This document shows, in pieces, positions 22,677 through 35,003 of a DNA stretch of 64,000 bases (its first letter is position 1; the number at the start of each line of letters is the position of its first letter). This DNA is from Amoebidium appalachense. Taxonomy: Eukaryota > Protista > Ichthyosporea. A model generated the notes under the pieces. It searched no databases. It saw only the letters and a program-made list of their open reading frames with translations, and had not been told where the DNA came from. The position numbers and the translations under genes are program-made. The DNA lies in assembly GCA_963693365.1 (NCBI GenBank), contig CAVNZM010000005.1, positions 5,153,167 through 5,217,166 of the forward strand, read 5' to 3'.

Positions 22677-23802
22677 AGGGCAACGTGTCTGTCTGTGTGT
22701 GTGTATCTCTCTCTGTGTGTGTGTGTTTGTGTGTGTGTGTGTGGCAGCGTGCGTGTCTCGCTGTGTGTGTGTGTGTGTGTGTGTGTCATGATTGACGACA
22801 TAGGTTCAGAAGAAGAGTGTGTATCACTACGTTGCAGTTTTCACATACTTTGTAGTTCACGCGCGCGGAGGCATAATGTTAACGTGCGTTACCGGTTATA
22901 GAAAGCACAAGCGTAACTAGCGTTTTATATCATAAATAGTCATAAAATGGTAACGTTCATTATAACTACGATGCATGAGAATAGAATGATATCAACAATA
23001 CATACATTAGATATCGTACGGATATCTTGCGATATATCATCTGGTGTCCGGAGAATGTGCACGTGCCTGTGATGTGCACCCGCCCTAATGCAGTAAGGTA
23101 TTGTTTTCAGGCGCTAATAAACCTTCAAAGGTGGTAACATCCTCGGAACACACAAAATATAAAATTGCAATAAATAACCATTTTCCTGCTTCGATGCTCG
23201 AAATTGGTACTATGTAGTTACTAGATTGCTCTATTTTGCCTAGTGTTTAGTGTTTCGGACGTTCGCAATTTACACTCTGCCACATGGCACTTGCCAAATG
23301 GGGTAATTTAGTTTTATTTGCGGCCGTTGTGGTTGCGTGTTTATCTAACAAATATCATTATGAGATGTTTATGACCCCTGTGGGATATGTACAAGATCAG
23401 ACCATAGAAGATCAGGTCGTTGCGATGTCGTAAAGATGGCAGAAACATATCTTCATTAGATGTATGCGATAATCTCAATTAAACATGAAACGTGATTGGC
23501 TGATCACAGTTGGGTGACCCTGAGCATGCCGTTTTGAAGAATAACAACCAATCAAAATCGGGTTTGCCATTTTGTGATTTTCGTCCCACAATCGAACGGA
23601 AAAGTGATTTCCTGGCCCTATATAAATGGCCATGCCACCATCACATTCAGATGGCCGCAATGAGCCCCGCAATGCCCCGTGTGAGTAATTGGCGGGTTTC
23701 CCAACGATTGCTCAGCTGGCTTGATCACAAAAATTTTCTTTGCGCGTATATCGCAACCATTCTCATCGGACATCTAATAGACATCTAAAGGATTTTTCGA
23801 TT

Positions 23803-24038
23803 GTTCTTCTGATATCTTTCTAATATCCACAATGCTGCCGTTTAGATATCACATTGATGTACTTACAAAAGACACTGACCTTCTAGTGCACGGATGTTCT
23901 TCTGATATCTTTCTAATATCCACAATGCTGCCGTTTAGATATCACATTGATGTACTTACAAAAGACACTGACCTTCTAGTGCACGGATGTTCTTCTGATA
24001 TCTTTCTAATATCCACAATACTGCCGCTTAGATATCAC
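23803..24038. repeat. 93-bp tandem repeat, ~2.5 copies
   Basis: TTCTTCTGATATCTTTCTAATATCCACAAT recurs with a 93-bp period. A further ~160-bp duplication lies at about 24170-24335 and 24450-24617. Confidence 0.9.
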
Positions 24039-25404
24039 TGGGATGGCAAGCTTATGTATCATATACTTATGAATTCGATATATAAATATATCCCTATGCG
24101 GATATCGCAATGATAATCTAAGGGCCTCTAAAAGATATGTAGATGATACCTCGTGGACTACTGCTCTGGACAGATTAGGATATTCAAATGATAGGTTACA
24201 GCATATCACATTGATGTACATAGCGACATCTTACCGATATCAATCACACAACTCACTAGTCTTTATTTAGATATATCAGGTACATATCCTTACGACGTGT
24301 ACAAAGATATGAATTAGATATCGTAGCTTGGGCCTGCAAAGAGGCAGTTGTGATATGTTTGAGATGTAGGACCAAAAACAGATAACATATTGAATATAAA
24401 AGGGATATCAAAAAGAATATCAAAAGGATACCCACAATGCTGCCGTTTTAGACAGAGCGGGATATTCAAATGATAAGTTACAGCATATCACATTGATGTA
24501 CATAGGGGCATCTTACACATACCAATCACATATATCACAAGTCTTTATTTAGATATATTTGGTACATATCCTTACGACCTGTACAATGATATGAATTAGA
24601 TATCATATCTTGGGCCTGTGGACAAAGGGATATCCGAAAGGATATCAAAAGGATGTCTTCAACATGCCTACTGGTTGTGTACAAGGGTATCTTCTGGATT
24701 ACCCCCATGGGCGCATAACGATATCAAAAAAAATGGTTGTAGGTACATCACAACGATGTCCAGACGATATCAAAACAACATCTGTATTATATTCAATTTA
24801 TAAGCATACATGTTATCCATCAGATATCACGTGGATATCAATTTGTATTGTCCCACGACATCAGGTAGATATCGTCATGTAATGCGTATTGGATGGGATT
24901 AAGATATTCTATAATGAGGGATATCTGTAGGCTATAACAAAGACATCTAACAGATATCGTTTGGGGCACCAATATCCTAAACGTATGTGAAACATATCCA
25001 AAAGAGCTATTATGACCTTGCTAACATACATATCACTAGGATAGCATATGGATATCATAATGCTATGAGGAAATTTTGAGATTTTCGGTCAAAAACCAAA
25101 ACCATCGTGGTTTTCTATGATATCGTAAGGATATCGTAAGGATATCAGCAAAGGATGGGTTTCGGATATGCGCCATACCATAACCAATCCGAACCCTATC
25201 AAAGATATCATTGATAGGGATCTGATGGGTTCTATCCGGGAATTCTATGATATCTTGTCAGGCTCTTTTTGACGTATTTAGGGTGGGGTTTGGTATGTCA
25301 TATATCAAAATGATATATAAGATGGGTTTCGGATGCCGGATGAAGTTTGCTGATGTTACCACCTCATGATAGGCTGGCCGGTTAACAGTGACAAGCCAAA
25401 TTAA

Positions 25405-26423
25405 GGGCCTGTTTGGCAACGCGGGTTAGTGTAATCTGGATTTCGGGGGATATCTGGATATCAAAATCGAGATCCAGATTATGCTGCAGAATCCGGATCT
25501 CAGCCGAAACCTGGGTTAAGCCGGGTAGATAACCCATGGATGCCAAACAGCCCACGTACGATTTCGGGTTAGATTTGCTCTGCAGCTGTCACGCTGTTCA
25601 TCACCGGTCGGTGACTTGCAATTGCAGACCCGCTACACATATACACCATAGTGATAAGCACGACCGGCCATTCCATTCCATTGAGCCTTTTTAAGGCTCT
25701 TGCCTCCCGAATCAAGTTTCCTGAGTGAGAGGCTAAGAAAATCGTCTACAACGAACTTGCTTTGAAATTCTTCTCGCGTAAATCTCATACGTGTCTTTTC
25801 AACCGCCTCAGTCGACGGTTTGGCTGACTGTGGGGGACTGTCACTCTGTGATTCGATGTTGAGGTTTGCAGGCATCTTGTCGGTTCAAACAAGATTATCT
25901 ACAAGTGTACTGTGCTACTGGAAGACTCGGGCTGGACGGCCGCAGAGGGTAGGAAAAGAATGAGAAGTGAGGTGCGTGTCTGTTTTTATAACGTTCCCCA
26001 CGTGCAAGTCCGTGCGTTGGTGCAGGTGTCGCAGTTCAAGGCACAGCTGTCGCAGCCCACTCAGTATCCACATGCTGCCAGCAACGGAAGTTTGGTTTGG
26101 CGCCCTTTCAACAATCCTTTTTTGGCCACTTCAAACTATCGACGATTGGTGCAAAAGGACACCATATATAGTTCCATAAAATGAACATTCATTGGGTCGG
26201 ACATTCAGGACCTGAAAGGATTTCGCGCTAATCCACCTCCCGAGGTGGATTAGTGGAATCCAGATTACGGCCATGTCCGAGGGGTTTGAAACCCAGATTT
26301 ACGTGACCGGATCTGGCCGTCTGTTTGGCAGCGGCTGGATTTTGAGATTTGGATTTAGCGCTAAACCCAAAATCGCCCGTAATCCGGATTTAGGACCCTA
26401 AACCCGGGTTGCCAAACAGGCCC
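25405..26423. mobile_element. Non-autonomous PIF/Harbinger element (1019 bp)
   Basis: TIRs GGGCCTGTTTGGCAAC..GTTGCCAAACAGGCCC; TAA TSD at 25402-25404 and 26424-26426; subterminal ATCCAGATT/AATCCGGAT repeats. Confidence 0.92.
25633..25875 (-). pseudogene. Truncated Myb/SANT-like ORF (Harbinger DNA-binding protein remnant)
   Basis: KTRMRFTREE...GKSLKKAQWNGMA resembles the Myb/SANT-like accessory protein of PIF/Harbinger elements and lies inside the TIRs. Recognised by eye only. Confidence 0.45.
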
Positions 26424-26973
26424 TAAGGGCCCCTAAGCAGCCAGTTTAACTCAACATAAGACGAATCGGATGTCTTCAGGTCGCATCCCACCAGTATGCA
26501 CACCTTAAGCCACAGATTTATTGAACATTTTCCGACTGGACAAACGAGAAAGGAGCATTTACTGCCCATATCGTCAATGTGGGCTGCAGTGGCCAGCACT
26601 GCCTCACTCCATTCCTTCTTTGCCCCACAACGTCACAGATAATTCAATCTTGAAAAGCAGTACAGTTTAATAAAAAATTAAAAGAAACTAGTATTTCACA
26701 CCTATGATAGCCACATGGCAATATAATAGTTGGATCAGAAATCACGACATCGGAACAATTCTTTCTTGTGTCCCCCCCCCCCCCCCTCCCCCTCTCCCCC
26801 CCCCCCCCCCCCCCCCCCCCCACCATTCACACACATAGGAAAAACAAAACAAAAAAAAAAAAGAAAAGAAAAAAGAAAAAAGCACCATGGTCTTCAAGGT
26901 TCTAACTACTGTTGCAGCCAAATGGCGGTATATTCTAGGTGAGACAAATATGTGCAAAATAAGGAGAGCGAAT

Positions 26974-27007
<34 letters not shown>

Positions 27008-27213
27008 TACCCGCATGGGGAGGGGGCAAAAAAAAAAAAAAAAAGGCCCAACCCCTACAGTAGCACCAATCAGCAGTTATATCACAGAGACAATATCTAC
27101 GCAGCAAAGCCCCTCTCATACGTGGTATTCACACATTCCTTCCTTCGTCGATTTAACCCACCCAGCACCACCAGCACTAACAGTGCTTCTCTCTCTATGC
27201 ATCCCCAAACTAT

Positions 27214-27789
27214 TTACTTCTTCCTCCCTTTCTTTCCCGTCTTTTTTACCAAAACGGGTTTTTCTTCCTTCGCCTTGGCATCACCGGACGCGGAACTCTC
27301 ACCTTTCGCCGCGCTCTTGCTCGCATGATTTTTACTCAATCGGCTACTTGGTGTCGCGCTATTGGACGCATTGCGCGTGGGTGCCGGACTGGACGTGTTG
27401 CTATGGGTGGGTGGCTGTGTTTGCTGAGGTTCCGCAACCGCCTGAAAAATGCATTGGAAAATGGTCAAAAGAATAAACAAACCAGATGGCGCGTGCGTGC
27501 AAAAGCAATACTTAATCATGTGAGAGATCTCAAAGTTATGTCTATGGGTAGTGTCGATGAGGAGGAGGGAGGGAAGCGGGTGGGGAGAGGAAGGGGAGGT
27601 GGAGGGGGGAGGGGGGGGGGGGGGGGGGGGGGGGAGGGAGTACATCCCCCCCCCCCCCCCCCCAAAGCCTCGTCCCCCCACCACACCCCCCTCCTCCCCC
27701 TCCCCCCCACCTTCTTTTTGTGCGTCCTCCTACGTTTACCAGCATCACAATTACACCATGTACACATTCCCAACACGCTTACAACAAGG

Positions 27790-27858
<69 letters not shown>

Positions 27859-27956
27859 AACGCAGAGAGCAAATCGTGAGCAACAAGGGCCCATTATTCA
27901 TAGATCCACTATAAACGTGATTCAAACCCTGCAATAATATGTCCCTGCCCTGCCAG

Positions 27957-28006
<50 letters not shown>

Positions 28007-28015
28007 CAAACACAC

Positions 28016-28047
<32 letters not shown>

Positions 28048-29974
28048 GCAACGGTACACTCAGACCACATGCACACATGCACACACAACCCCCCTAAAGC
28101 CAAGCCCATGCCTTCCCTCCCCTCCCCTCCCCCCCTCTCTCCCCACCAGCCCAACAATATGAACCGTGGACAAAAAATGACCCCCCCCCCCCCCCAAAAA
28201 AAAAAAAAAAAAAAAAAAAAACCCGGACCAACACACACCTGCAAGACCAGTGGTACGGCCGGGTTTATAGTCGGGTGGGGCAGTGGCAGCATGCCTTGTT
28301 TCCTCAGCCCCCGTGTGATCCTCAATAGGCCCCCTGGGCCCTCTTCGTAGAACTCATCTGCTACGTCTCCATCTCGGTCGATGTAACTGGTGCTGTGAAG
28401 GGAGAGAGAGAGAGGGAAGGGTGGGTGGGTGGGTGGGTGGGGGAAGGGAAGGGGAGGGGGGAGGGAGGGGAGGGGGGGGGGGGGGGGGAGGGGGAGAGGG
28501 GGGAGACAGAGAGAGAGAGGGGGAGGGGGGGGGGGGGGGAGGGGGGGGGGAGGAGGGGGATGCATAGTGACGAGTGTGCATAATAAAGTAGAGCCATCCA
28601 CACCCGCCGGGGGGGGGAGGGGGGAGGGGGGGAGGGGGGGGGGAGAGGGGGGGGGAGGGAGAGGTTATTGAGAGTCTGGATGCAAGTGTGAATGTTGTTA
28701 TGCAAAGACATGGAACGCGAAAGTGTAGGGGTAGGGTGTGTGAGTGAGTGAGTGAGTGTGTGTGTATGTGTGCAGTTGTCATGCCGTATTTCAGCTTGCC
28801 TGCTTGTGTTTATCTCATTAATATTGTGGGCACACCACAACCCTTAGGCGAAGAGTGTACCAACGTGCATACATCCAATCCCCCCCCCCCCCCCCCTCCC
28901 TCCCAAAAAAAAACAAAAAAAAAACAAACAAACAAACAAAAAAACCAAACACCTATCATTGCGTGCTTACATATATGTTGTATGAATACGTTGAAGGTGG
29001 GTGAAAGGTTGCACGAGAAAAGCCGGGAGAAGAGGCCGGAGAAGAAGAAAGTGTAGATAAAAGTAACATAAGCAGATCCCATTCTGACGGGGGGGCCAAG
29101 TCACCCACAGTACCCATGTTTTCGAGAGAAGGGGCGATGGAGGAGAGGGAGGGGAGGGGTGGTGGTGGTGGTGGAGGTGGAGGTGGGGGAGGTTTAAACG
29201 CGTGGCAGAGCACAAATACACGTTCACCAGAGACAGCACATCCCCAGGAAAGGGCGAGGGGGGGAGGGAAGGGGGGGAGGGGGGGGGGGGAAGCTTGGGT
29301 TCAAGCGTATGAAGTACATGGGGAGGGGGGGGGGGGGGGGGGGGGGGGGGGAGGGGGGGGAGAAGGGGAGGGGAGGATAAAGAAACGGACAGGAACATTC
29401 AGATAGCAATTAACAAAGTATCAAGAAAAGGGCGCCCCGTGGTATGTCAAGGATGCAAAACGGAGGGCCCCAGTTCGTGGGGGACGAGAGAAGGAAATAG
29501 GGGGAGGGGGGGAGGGGGGTTTTTGAGGGGGTTGGTAGAGAAGGGGCAGGGGGGAGGGGTGGGGGGAGGGGAGGGGGGAGGACGGGGAAAGGGGCAGAGA
29601 GAGAGAGAAAGGAGGGAACGGGGAGAAGCAAGAGGGGGAGGGAGGGAGGGAGGTGGGGGGGGGGGGGGGGGGAGGAGAGAGAGAGAGAGATAGAGAGAAA
29701 GGAGGAGGGAGAGTGAGTCAGAGGTAGAGGGAGGGAGAGAGAGAGAGAGGGGGGGGGGGGGGAGGGGGGGGGGATGTGGAAAAAGGAGGAGGGAACGGGA
29801 AGAAGATGGAGCAGGTGGGGGAAGGAGGGAGGGGAGGAGAGAGAGATTGGGATGAGAGTGAAAGGGAACGAGAGAGGCAGAATGATAGAGAGATGAGGGA
29901 GGAGGAAGGGAAGAGGGGGGGGGGGAAAGAGAGAAGAAGAAGAAGAAGAAGAAGAAGAAGAAGAGAGAGAGAGA

Positions 29975-30026
<52 letters not shown>

Positions 30027-30057
30027 AGAGGGAGAGAGAGAGAGGGAGGGAGGGAGG

Positions 30058-30101
<44 letters not shown>

Positions 30102-30240
30102 AGAGAATGTGTGTGTGTGTGTGTGTTTGCGGGAGGAAGGGAGGGAGATCCACTGTTAGAGAGAGAACAAGAAGAGGGGAGGGGAAGAGTGGTTTAGGAA
30201 CGCACACTGTGTGTGTGTGTGTGTGTGTGTGTGAGTGTGC

Positions 30241-30273
<33 letters not shown>

Positions 30274-30757
30274 TTTTGGGCGCCGGGGGGGGGGGGGGGG
30301 GGGGGGGAGGGGGGGGCGGCCAGGGGGATAGTCAGCTACCTTTCCCGGTGATACACCAGCTTATTGGCATATGGGGAAAAGCCGCTGTCAGCTTTCGGGG
30401 AATCGCTCGCGCTGTGTGTTCTGTCACTTGTATTCCTCTCTCTGTGCAAAACAGACAGAACACGAGATCAGGCCCTTTCGTTAGAGTTGTGATATATGCA
30501 CAAGGGTCTACTTACATAACATATACCTACAGTGCGTTAGGGAAAAGATGGCAAACATTGCCGGCAGAAATTGAAACAGCAGCATACCAGGAAAGATAGA
30601 GTTAAACCCGCCACCGCTTCTCCCATTTCAGTGTCTGGGCGCTGAACACAAGAGAGCCAAATTTCTCAAATGCGTCTCACCAATGAAGAGACTCAATCAA
30701 ACGTGTCACATTGCCGATGTCGACATACCAGCTTCAGCCCAGCCTTTTTCAGGGCGA
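27214..30757 (-). CDS. TUSC2: TUSC2/FUS1-domain protein, multi-exon
   Basis: Phase-compatible exons: 30757-30729, 30641-30588, 30526-30516 (11 nt), 30420 (or 30411)-30340, 28392-28239 and 27441-27214 (TAA). Spliced KLVYHRESTSYIDRDGDVADEFYEE..LLRITRGLRKQGMLPLPHPTINPAVPLVLQ aligns with recalled human TUSC2 PFVFTRRGSMFYDEDGDLAHEFYEE..LRRVHKNLIPQGIVKLDHPRIHVDFPVILY. The N-terminus is uncertain (possible ATG at 30626, MGEAV). Confidence 0.78.
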
Positions 30758-31004
30758 CTACACGGTGTAATGGAAATTGTGCACGGAATGACGTCAGCAA
30801 TGTGGCTCGCCACCACTGCTACAATGGGAGTACCGGTGGTTGCTTTAGGTGGTAACGAGCAATCAAGTGCTAATAACGATATAGTCAAGCGTGCGACTGC
30901 TGTCGTGGGCATAACCCTGGAGTGCTTTGAGAGGATACCGTAGGCACGTGCACTCACTCATACGTTTTTAGGTACTACCACCCAAATTTCCATTATTGGC
31001 GTGT

Positions 31005-31047
<43 letters not shown>

Positions 31048-32276
31048 ATGCACACGTGTATGTACATATATGTGTCGTGTATATGCGTGTGTTTGCGTAA
31101 ACACACCCACATCTGTTTCGTTATACGTGCTTGCATTTGTGGGGCCCACGGTGATGCACATGTGCATATCACATGCTTCTGTGTGCCTCTTTCGTGTGAC
31201 AACTATAAATACGTATGCCATGCACGTATACAGATATCTCATGCATCCACACACACTCATGGGTATATATTCTTCTCGCAGCAAGGGGGAGGAAGCACCG
31301 AAGGGGTGACAGAGGTGGGGGGTAAAAGGGTGAAAGGAGCCCGGGAAAAGAGGGAAAGGTGGTTTAAGATTCGTAGCAGGGAGTAAGAAGTACACATTCA
31401 CGAGAGAAAGGAGGGGAGTGGGGAAGGACGGGAGTCGGGGGGAGGGGGGAGGGGGGGGGGAAGCTGGGGAGGGAGGGAGGAATGAACGAAGGGAGGGAGG
31501 GAGGGGAGGGCCGGGCCAGGAGAATTGTGTGTGTGTGTGTGTGTGTGTGTGTGCCGGAAGAGAGAAAGAGAAAAAAATCGTGCGTCTGGAGTCAGTTTTG
31601 CCACAGGGAGGAGGGGAAAAAAAAAAACCACGGAAGAAGCCACAAGCTTGCCAAGAAATAAAACGAAAAGTCGAAGAGGAAACCTTAGAAAAGGGGCAAG
31701 ATCATGCTTTCTGAGCTGTGCGAACGGCATATATATGTGCAACAGCGGACTGTGCGCGTGTGCGTGTGCGTGTGTGGTGTGTGTGTGTGTGCGTGTGTGC
31801 GTGTGCGTGTGTGTGTGTGTGTATGTGTGTGCGTGTGCGCGCGGGCATATACAAGGACGGACAACTGTATCCTTGATCCGTGGATACTTCTCTGTGTGAG
31901 GGAGGACTAAGGTGAGGCGAAGGGTAAAAGCTACACATGGACACAAAACTTAGATCCTAGCACCATCACAGGCCAATCAAATAGCCGCAGCTTTCGAAAA
32001 ATCTGCGGCACACAGCAGGGCGAGCAAGCACCGAAAGAAAGGCACCCACAAGACAGCCCGGGGTGGTTAGAGAGTGACGAACACAAGCTGAGGGGAGGAG
32101 GGGGAGAAGTACCTTGTACCTACCCCCTCTCCCCCTCCCCCCCCCAACCCCCATCTTTCCTCTCCGTAAGTCCACAAGCACACACACACACACACACACA
32201 CACGCAGGCAGGCACACACACGCACATACACACACACTCATGTCTTAACAACACAAGCAAGAAGCTTAAAGTTTAC

Positions 32277-32581
32277 CTTGATGGTATATAAGTCGAAGAC
32301 TCACTCTCTCCCGTCCAGAACTTCTTCAACCCGCCTACAGCCTTACTAAACCACGACATCTCTACTAATGTCTTAACAAAATGCCAAGAAGCATCAAGCG
32401 AGCTCAAAGGCTTCGTTTCCCCTCTTTGCTTGGCTACACGGCGCGCGTACCAGCGAACAAAACCATACACCAGAACTAGCAAAACAGCGCCGATGATTAG
32501 GTGCTCGGTGGCAAGCGAGTCTGCTAATGCCCCCTTTGCCTCCCGAGCACTCGGGCGGAGACCCCCTCTTCTCTTTGACAT
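32277..32581 (-). CDS. Probable first coding exon of a membrane-anchored protein (possibly the TUSC2-domain gene)
   Basis: ATG at 32581; 101 non-repetitive codons with a TM-like LIIGAVLLVLVYGFV followed by basic residues; ends at AG|GTAAAC. Candidate small exons follow at about 32119-32113, 32004, 31892 and 31713, but their phases were not resolved. Confidence 0.5.
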
Positions 32582-34096
32582 CCGTGCGTGCCAAAGAGCA
32601 CAAAGGAAGCACAGTGCGTGTGGAACTAAGAACTGTGTCTACTTTTTAAAGGGTGCATTGGTAGGGGTGAATTAATGGTATATCCTTGCTTCAGAAAGCC
32701 TGAGAAGTGCCAAAACTATAGCTATGCCTCGTGCTTTTGCTGATTCATATGAATTACTGGCCTAAAAGCTTGGGAAAGCACATCTGTTTTATTCTTCAAC
32801 CAGACATGCTATTGCTATAAACACTCGACCTTGCATGTGAACTCTTGCCTCTAGCAAGCGGGCTCCAGCACTCTTAGTCGTGTATACCCCACAAGTCAAT
32901 TTACTTTATAATCAATATCCATGCACGTTTTGAATGACGTCACATATTGGACTACTATAAAGGGCCGACTGTAGCGACTGCTTAGCGACTGCCAACACGT
33001 CAAAAAAACTTGTGTACGGCCCAAGGCACTCGTTGTATCTAGGAGGCCTTGGTACGGCCTCAAATCGCGGTGGCATCGGATGCTTTTTCCGCTTACTTAA
33101 AGCACTTGACACAATTTCTGTACCAGATTACGGTTTCATGATGTTCCCCCCGCCCCCCCCCCTCCCCCCCCCCCCCCCCCGTCCCCCTCTCCCTCCCTCC
33201 CTCCCTCCCTCCCTCCCTCCCTCCCTCCCTCCCTCCCTCCCTCAATCCCTTCCTCCCTCCGAGGCTCCCCACCTCCCCCCGGCGGAATTCCTTTCCACCC
33301 TTACCCATCATGTGTTATTAGCCCCATCCAACCTCGGTCCCACCCAGACACCCACAAAATTTGTTTACCCCAAAAGACTCAGTGGCTCCGAATCGGCCGC
33401 CTTAGATCAAGTGGAAAATTTGCATGCTATGATGGTCCAGAGGTACGTAAAAATTGGCATGGCAAAAGATTACTGAATTATGTACGAAGCAGGTGTCATG
33501 ACGCTTCACATGTTATTATTGAACAGGTATCACATTTGCCCATGTATGTGTGAGGCTGGCTGGATCTGCCAGTATTGGCAACACCAGTAACACAAACTAG
33601 ACTGCAATGGAGAATGTACTTACATTTCGAAAGACATGGTTGTGTGTGACGGTGCGTTGCGTCTGTCATGGTGCGCGCTTGCAAGCGCTTACAAATGTGA
33701 GGTGTATTTTTGTACGTGTCACAATTCTAAGCTAGACGTCGCACTGGCGACCTAGACGCACACTGGGGCGACGGTGATATATGCTCTTCGTTTGCTATTT
33801 AAATTTGTTTCGTTATCCCATCTTGGCCTAGCTATAAGTCGAGCAAGGAAACTGCAAATTTAGCGCCTACAATCAGCTGTGATAGTTAGGTAGGCAGAGC
33901 TCACGACTACATGCACCAGTGCATATGCTGTTTGGAGACTTATTTACTAGCTATTGATCATGCTGGTTTTGTTGATCATCCTGGTTTTTGTGGCCTGCCC
34001 CTTGCAGCTATGCATGCGGCAATCTCCAGTCTTTTCTAGTAAGGTGGCATAGCTGAATGGTTGAGTTCCCACATGGCGCAGCCACGCTGTTTTTAG

Positions 34097-34178
34097 CTCA
34101 AAGAAAATGCTCCGCTAAGACTGCCATGCAATAGGCACTCAAAGAAAATGCTCCGCTAAGACTGCCATGCAATAGGCA
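34097..34178. repeat. Perfect 41-bp tandem duplication
   Basis: CTCAAAGAAAATGCTCCGCTAAGACTGCCATGCAATAGGCA x2. Confidence 0.9.
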
Positions 34179-35003
34179 ATGTTCTCAACTACACTGCCAC
34201 GTCCCACAACTTCTACCACCTGCACTATGTAGTGCTATATTTATAGGACCCGGTGACCAGAAAGAGGCGACTTGATCGTGGAACCCTTCCACCACACTCA
34301 CAGCTGCAGTTCCAAAAACTAAGGGGTGACTAGTACTACTGCATTTCGTTTTTTCTTTTCTTTTTTTTGTGATACAACTGTGCCTTTGGTTTGTTTTGCG
34401 ACACTTCCTGGATGTGCACCACCGTCATCCGGATCTACTTTAGTCGTTAGTACTGTTTACACATCACAACCACCACTATCTCTGGCAGATCCTCCTCACA
34501 CGTACCTGTTCGGTGCTGCAGACTCAGAAAGAAAACAGCAAGCATTGGGGGTTTGTTCACATGCATGGTAACAGTGCCGTTGACACAATCCAGGTATGTT
34601 TTCACAGACCCAAAAGCTGTGCACAGACGGGTGAATCCCTTTTCACATAAATTAATTAATTTGCTTGTGGCACGAGGTACCAATGCATAAACTGCTTTAT
34701 TTGCAGAAAAGGTTTAAACTTACTACAGGTTCGAATTTTGACATTCCTAACCTTACAGCTGCGCCTAAAACGCCAGCGGCTATCCATACAATTCAGTTGC
34801 TCGTAGCCAGTTAAATCTAGGTATAACTACGTCGTTCCTGCGTTCTTTACACACAACTAGTTGCATAAGCTTGATCTAAGATTTCATAATATCAAGGCAC
34901 TGTCAGGCCTTTCATGAACGGGAAACTGGATTAAAAACAGTAGTTATGTACTGCTTGTTCATTCTTGTTTGTTTGTTCATAGTACTACTTTCATTCGACT
35001 GAT

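Larger units (their letters stand above)
15617..25355. mobile_element. 9.7-kb non-autonomous TIR element, CMC/EnSpm-like
   Basis: Perfect 34-bp TIR CATCAGCAAACTTCATCCGGCATCCGAAACCCAT (15617-15650; reverse complement at 25322-25355). TT on both flanks (2-bp TSD). Subterminal AAACCCAT repeats and long GATATC-rich arms. No transposase recognised; the superfamily call is an inference. Confidence 0.75.

Noticed and set aside
28969-29083. Candidate extra TUSC2 exon (CAG..GTAAGC on the minus strand)
   Set aside because: Direct splicing of 30340 to 28392 preserves the exact TUSC2 spacing; including this block breaks phase or alignment.
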